64,000 bases of DNA, from assembly GCA_012295275.1 (NCBI GenBank), contig CM022675.1:4712001-4776000 (forward strand), read 5' to 3'. The first letter of the stretch is position 1; every line of letters begins with the position of its first letter. Both the position numbers and the translations under genes were made by a program. Positions 58,211 through 64,000 of the stretch are shown piece after piece. The notes beneath the pieces were generated by a model, which saw only the letters and a list, made by a program, of their open reading frames with translations, searched no databases and had not been told where the DNA came from. This DNA comes from Chrysomallon squamiferum. Its lineage: Eukaryota > Animalia > Mollusca.

Positions 58211-60514
58211 ATGACTTTACTTCAAGTTTTTTTTATCTGCCTGGTTCTGCAGGTGTCATACTCTAAGAGTAAGTATTCTGTATATTTATATTTAAAACAC
58301 GTTACTTTTGGCTGTTGGTACATATACTGTTATGTTGTATTCTTGTATTTTTATATAGATAATGTATTTCCTTCTTTCTTTCCATTTTTATGAGTGTTTC
58401 TGTATCTATTAAATTCATGCATATGTAAATGATATAACATTGTATATACATATTAACCATCACCTTTATAAGAGAATAATCACTTCTGGCTGAATTTAGT
58501 CACCAGTAACATGATTCATATTCTGATCCATCATTAATAAATTATACATCAGAAAATGCGTCCATTTTTTTTATAGAATCTTCTAATTATATTTCTGTTA
58601 TCCTTTTCTTTTGACCAGTACAGTTTACTGGTTCGAATCATTAAAATTGTGACAAACGTCACCACAAAATGTGATAAATGCTAACATTTAAAAAAAATAA
58701 AAAAAAATAGTTTCAGAAACTAAAATATCGATACTACATGGCCAAATCTCATTATGTTTCCACTTACTGGTAAATGCGAAATAAACCACAGTTACTGGCA
58801 CTAAGAAATATTATTTCATTTCAAAACAAGATATGTGCCATTCCAAGTTTTTGTTGGTTTACTTCAGACAGTGTCAGTGAATATCGCGTATTGTGATGAA
58901 CGTCTTCAAATATAAACAGATAAAAATAAACCAGTATTTCGTGAATCTCGTAACAAGTTTGTGACATTAATATACGTATATGAGTATCTGTTGCTGAAAC
59001 CTGACATGTGACTAATTTTAATTAAATCTTCAGGTTCCTCTATTTATTTATCAAGAATTTACTTTTTAAACAATGTTCTTTTCACAGTGTTTGTATGTAT
59101 GTATGTAGGTAACAATTACATCTGTCTATATAATATAAGCGTCTAACAATTGTATTAACTTAGCCATATTCATTTCAGTGAAACAATTTTTATTATATAT
59201 CATATATCATATCATATATTAAAGCTGGAACCAGACACTGTAACTTAGTGGAATTCTGTGTTCTTAGTTAATGGGATTGTTCTCTCTCTTCACACACTCT
59301 GTTTCTCCAACTACACCCTCATACAAACATACTTACTGACTCAAATATATCCAAGGACACACAGGCACATATGTATATACTCAAACATCAAAACACAGAT
59401 ACACACATATACATAAAACACACTAAAAAACATGTTTATTTAATTTCATTTCTGATTTCAGAGTGTTTAAACGGTGGAACTAAAGTAGGAAACAAATGTG
59501 AATGCACTGACGAGTTTTATGGAGGAATCTGTAAGAAAAGTAAGTCAATTTTTTAATTAGAGTGATGACGTTTTTATTGTAAACTATCGGAAGAATAAAA
59601 TATTCTAGCTAGCAGTAAATATTTTACAGACAGTGAATAAATCATTTCCCTGATTTCATATGTACATATAATTATCAGTACTTTGAAATAGTTTCTAACA
59701 TAACATAACCTTAAATTACGTTACAAAAGAAAAACATAGTAATGAATGATACTTAAGGGGAAGTCACTCTGTTGCCTTATTGGATAACTCTAATTTATAG
59801 TGGAGAATTTATTAAATATCGCTGCTGTTGGTTAATAATTTACTTAGAGTATTTTCTCTCTTGCCATATTTTGTTTGAACTATGGCTAAAAGAGTAGTCT
59901 GTCCATAGAGGTAAAATATAACAATAAAAATAAAAGTAGTAATAAAATAAATAAAATGGAAAATGACATTAAATAACCATTAACTACAAAGTGAATTAAT
60001 CTGTCGTCAAATATAATGCACTTTTTTTTTTTCTTTCATTTTATCAATAGGTTGTGCCGATGGCGTTATGAATGAAGCTAAAATGGGTATGAAAGAGATT
60101 TGTCAGTTCCCACTGATCTCCACCTACTGCCAGAAAACATGTGAGATGTGTTCACGTAAGTGCACTGTCATCTGTTATAGAAATAATTACGTTCATTCTG
60201 TCAGAGAATACTCAGCACAGTTAGAAAAGAAAATAACAAAAAAAAAAACAATAATGAATATCTAAAATTTTATGGGTTTTTTTTTTTTGTGTTATTGTTT
60301 GTTAGCAGCATGTTAGTAATGTATTTGCTATTGCAATTCTCAGCTGTTGTAAGTTATTAATGTGTTAATGAGAAATCAATAAATAATCAAAAGAAAATAA
60401 CAATATTAAAAAAAAATGATGTTGAAAATGTTAACGGTATTATTGATAATAATGAAAATATGAATATTACGATCATAATAACGATAGTCCGTGTTATACT
60501 ACTACTACTACTAT

Positions 60515-60573
<59 letters not shown>

Positions 60574-61908
60574 ATAATAATAATAATTTCTTTTCAGCAC
60601 CCACACCATGCTCTGATTCCTCTCCTTTTCTCTGTGGCTTGATTGGAAAATTAGGTGACTTGGCTGGAACTGCTAAATTTTGCGCAGACCATCCTATGAA
60701 GTGCCAATCAGTTTGTCCATGTAATATGACTTTATTACCTGTTCAGTACTAATGCTATTTTCAGTGTAATAATGTTCTGTTAAGAAAACCTATTCTGAGA
60801 AAACCGAAATATACTTAAATTTTTTTATTTTTTTAATACAAATGAGAAATCATTGAGAGCTGATTGCTAAACACGGCGTAACTAAATTTAAACAAAATAT
60901 GATATATGTAATATATGTAAGTATAAATTTTGTCAGCATTCATGTTTATGTGAAATAAATTTTTCTTTTTCAGAAAACGGCAGCTCCAAAGAAGAAACCA
61001 GCAGTATAGTACATCACTGCACACCTCAAGAAAATAAATAATCTTAACAGTTGTAATTTTGTTGTTTATTTTTAACACACAAATACACCCACATTACTTC
61101 TTCACACACACACACACACACACAGACACACACACACACAGATTCTCATGTTCATACCCTATATCACACCCACACACACAAAACATTCATTCAAATATAC
61201 CAATACACAAAAGCACAAGTATCAAACTTTACCTTTTGATCTTGAGCTACTCATATTATAACATGGACCTGTTGTTACCATTTGTTAAGTTTCTGTATTA
61301 TTACAGTATTACTAATGTCACTATTACTTCTTGAACTGTTATAATGGAGTTGACAAAAGTAAGTCTCTGCTCTATTCTTTACTGCATTTCAACCTGAAAA
61401 TGTCAAATAGCAAAAATCATGAAAAACTTGTGACTATTGCTTGGTATCCATGAATTACATTTATAACAGGAAACCTCTAAATTCTGAGTTCCTAAGTAGA
61501 AGATTAAAAAAAAATTTTAATTAATTTCAAACACACATTTTGTCCTGCCTTGAAAAATCATCAAACTAACAAAACGTTACATAATGTGCATAGGGCTTTA
61601 CATAATCATGTATAACAAACTTAGAAAATAACAGGACGCTAAAAGTAATCAATTTTTTTTCTTTCCCATTTTCTTATTTAAAATGACAAAATCCAACAAT
61701 GTATATGGATGCACCAAAAAGTTATTAAACGGTTTTAGGTAACTTCATGAATTTCAGCGAACATAGTAATCATGGAAGCAATTTGTTTATAAATAAATAA
61801 ATAAATAAATTATATAAGTAACTTAATTTCCTAAACAGTTGTGTATTACTTCTTGTTTTACTTCTTTTAGGTCCTATGAGAAAACCAATATTTATTATCA
61901 GATTGTAA
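58211..61908 (+). CDS. Small secreted Cys-rich protein: signal peptide + EGF-like + two ShK-like domains (~133 aa)
   Basis: Exons 58211-58268 (MTLLQVFFICLVLQVSYSK), 59462-59539 (CLNGGTKVGNKCECTDEFYGGIC), 60051-60155 (CAD..C..YCQKTCEMC), 60598-60720 (CSDSSPFLC..FCADHPMKCQSVCP), 61871-61908 (CPMRKPIFIIRL*). All introns are phase-1 GT-AG, AATAAA at ~61977. The last exon is the least certain. Confidence 0.78.
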
Positions 61909-63209
61909 TCTGAAAATATCTACTTCAAAGTGAAAAAGATGTAGTTTACACATGTAAGATTTTTTAAGAACAGTATAATAAAATAAAATGGAACAACAAA
62001 ATTAAATTAATTTTTGAAATTAAAATTCCTGCATTGGACAATTTTCTGTAATATTTTGAAATAAGGATATTAGTTAATTAACAACAGTACAAATAATTAC
62101 TAGTAAACAACATTTGTTAAATTATTCCTCAAAATAAGAAAAAAATAAAAATAAATAAATAAATTATGCCTTTGATACTAATAATCAGCTAATTCCACAG
62201 ACCTGTTTATTTTAACAAATTAGGATTAGCTATTGTATAGATATCATGATACTACAGCATTAAATAATGATTTGCTTCATTTTCTATCTTGAATTGAGAG
62301 GCTCATTTGAAAAGAACTCCAAATTTGTAGATCAATAGAAACAAAATGACAAAATAAATTTAAAAAAGAAATAAAATAAAAAATCTAATGCATGTCACCA
62401 ACTAACTTTATTTCATTTGTTTTCATTCTTTTGTTGTGTTAAGATAATTCAGTATTACTTTAACAATTTCCTTTCTGTATAAAAATAACACTGGATACTT
62501 GGGAATGCACTTATTAGTTAAAACAGCTTTTGCTGTTGTTATGTTTATTTTTGCACCAGTTGATTTCTTTATCTTCCTTAAATATTTTTTTCCACTTTCA
62601 TACAATCTACAGCTGCCAATTTTTATACTGAAAGTTTGATTACGCAATTTTTCTGAAAAATCATCCAGTCTGTTGTCAGTTGTTCTAGTTGTTTTCATCT
62701 GCTTGTGAATAAAAAAATGTACCAAAGTTTTTCAGCTTATTCATAAAATAACTAGAGCATTTGTGAAGAGTATTTATTTATTTATTTATTATTTTTTTTG
62801 CATTTTAAAAACCAAACTGCTGATTCATAATTTCCCATGACTGATGTAAAAACTGATTCAAAGTTTCATTTATTAAAATGTAACAGTGCTGCTAAGATAC
62901 AAATCACTGATTATCACTTATTATCGGTGTAGGGCACCAAACATTGTTATATTCACAAGTTGTTTTTCAGCATTTTTTAAATTACAAATCCTTTCTAACA
63001 GTGCTTGGTTTTCACTAATCACAGGAATGCCTATTTATCTTTTACTGGGTGTTTTAAAGCAAGTTCATAGTACACGACTGCTTATGGTCTTCACTTTTAA
63101 GAACAATGCTGTCCATAGCATCTCAGTATAAACTTTTTCTACTAAACAGTGATACAAATGTAATCCCTCTTCTGACTAATATATTAGGTAATTAGGTTTA
63201 AATCTAAAT

Positions 63210-63909
63210 TTAAAAATAAAACCTATTCCTGTTATCAAATTTTTCTTTCATCTCCTTTATTGTTACAGTCTTTGTCTCTTCTACAACCACATCACAGTAT
63301 TGTTTAGAAACATCCGATGAATCTGAGAAACAATCATTTTTCACAACATCTTCTGCAGGCAACAACGTCGATTTGCTATCACCAATTTCTGGCCTTTCTT
63401 GGATAATCATTCATGATGGGAAGATGATCTAACTGCTAGATGACCTTTCCTGACTGCTGAGCAAATACAGCGGTATGTTACCTTGGTTTTAAGTGTTTCC
63501 TTTCTCTTTAACAGAATCTACCAGTTGTTTAACTGTTTCCTGAATCGCTGTCTATCCATCATTTGGTCAGTTTTCATTTAAACAGCTTGGTAGACTTAGA
63601 AAAATTATCATGGATGTTATCCTGATTCCAGTAAAAAATAATTTCACTTATTTGTTTTCGTCTTCCAAGGATGGCGGCTTCAAGTTTGTAAGTTGCTGCT
63701 GCAGTCATTTTTTTTTCATTTGCAACTTTAATCAAGTAGTTACAAAAATGTTTGACTGGTAGAATTTGTCTCAGAATACAGCAAAAAAATTCAAGAAACT
63801 TTTCCAGAAAGGTCACTGTCTTCTTTTGGAATGCTATCGCTATAAACTCTGCTGAAAGTTTTAGGAATGTTGTCAGCCATGTTGGTTTGGTAAAAAGAAA
63901 TATTCTAGG
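63210..63909 (-). pseudogene. Degenerate coding-like terminal exon of a minus-strand gene extending out of the window
   Basis: Strong acceptor ttttgttttgttttcag before 63909; protein-like fragments in different frames (ORFs 63574-63924 and 63210-63410) separated by stops. No family recognised. Confidence 0.3.
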
Positions 63910-64000
63910 CTGAAAACAAAACAAAAAAATAGGTATTAATACTTAGTCAAATAAACAAAACAGTTGTGCATCATAATATACATAATTATAGTTGATGTTG

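Noticed and set aside
60974-61040. Alternative last exon of the ShK-like gene
   Set aside because: Splicing from 60720 creates an immediate TAA and loses the sixth Cys; 61871 completes the domain and has a polyA signal.

Overview
AT-rich, microsatellite-dense animal genomic DNA; a mollusc or other lophotrochozoan is my inference from domain content and style, not something the sequence proves. Most ORFs in the supplied track are microsatellite noise, and the real genes appear only after manual splicing. Positions 1-44.7 kb are a tandem cluster of three paralogous single-pass receptor genes on the + strand, with the 3' flank of a probable fourth copy at the window start. All three share a 67-nt signal-peptide exon, a TM exon and a large last exon encoding an NPxY motif plus repeated tyrosine motifs, but their ectodomains differ. 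Gene A (3557-20171) has 16 tandem ~150-nt phase-1 mucin exons, two of them frameshifted, and no lectin. Gene B (23843-29980) has a C-type-lectin-like domain with a WSC domain nested inside it, a second CTL-like domain and one stalk exon. Gene C (34155-43272) has four tandem first exons separated by inverted intron copies, three stalk exons and no lectin. Downstream lie a mostly non-coding stretch with a probable minus-strand spliced RNA, a small secreted EGF + ShK-like gene (58211-61908) and a degenerate minus-strand exon. Pogo/Tigger-like MITEs are also present. All gene models come from hand reading of splice sites, with no expression or database evidence.
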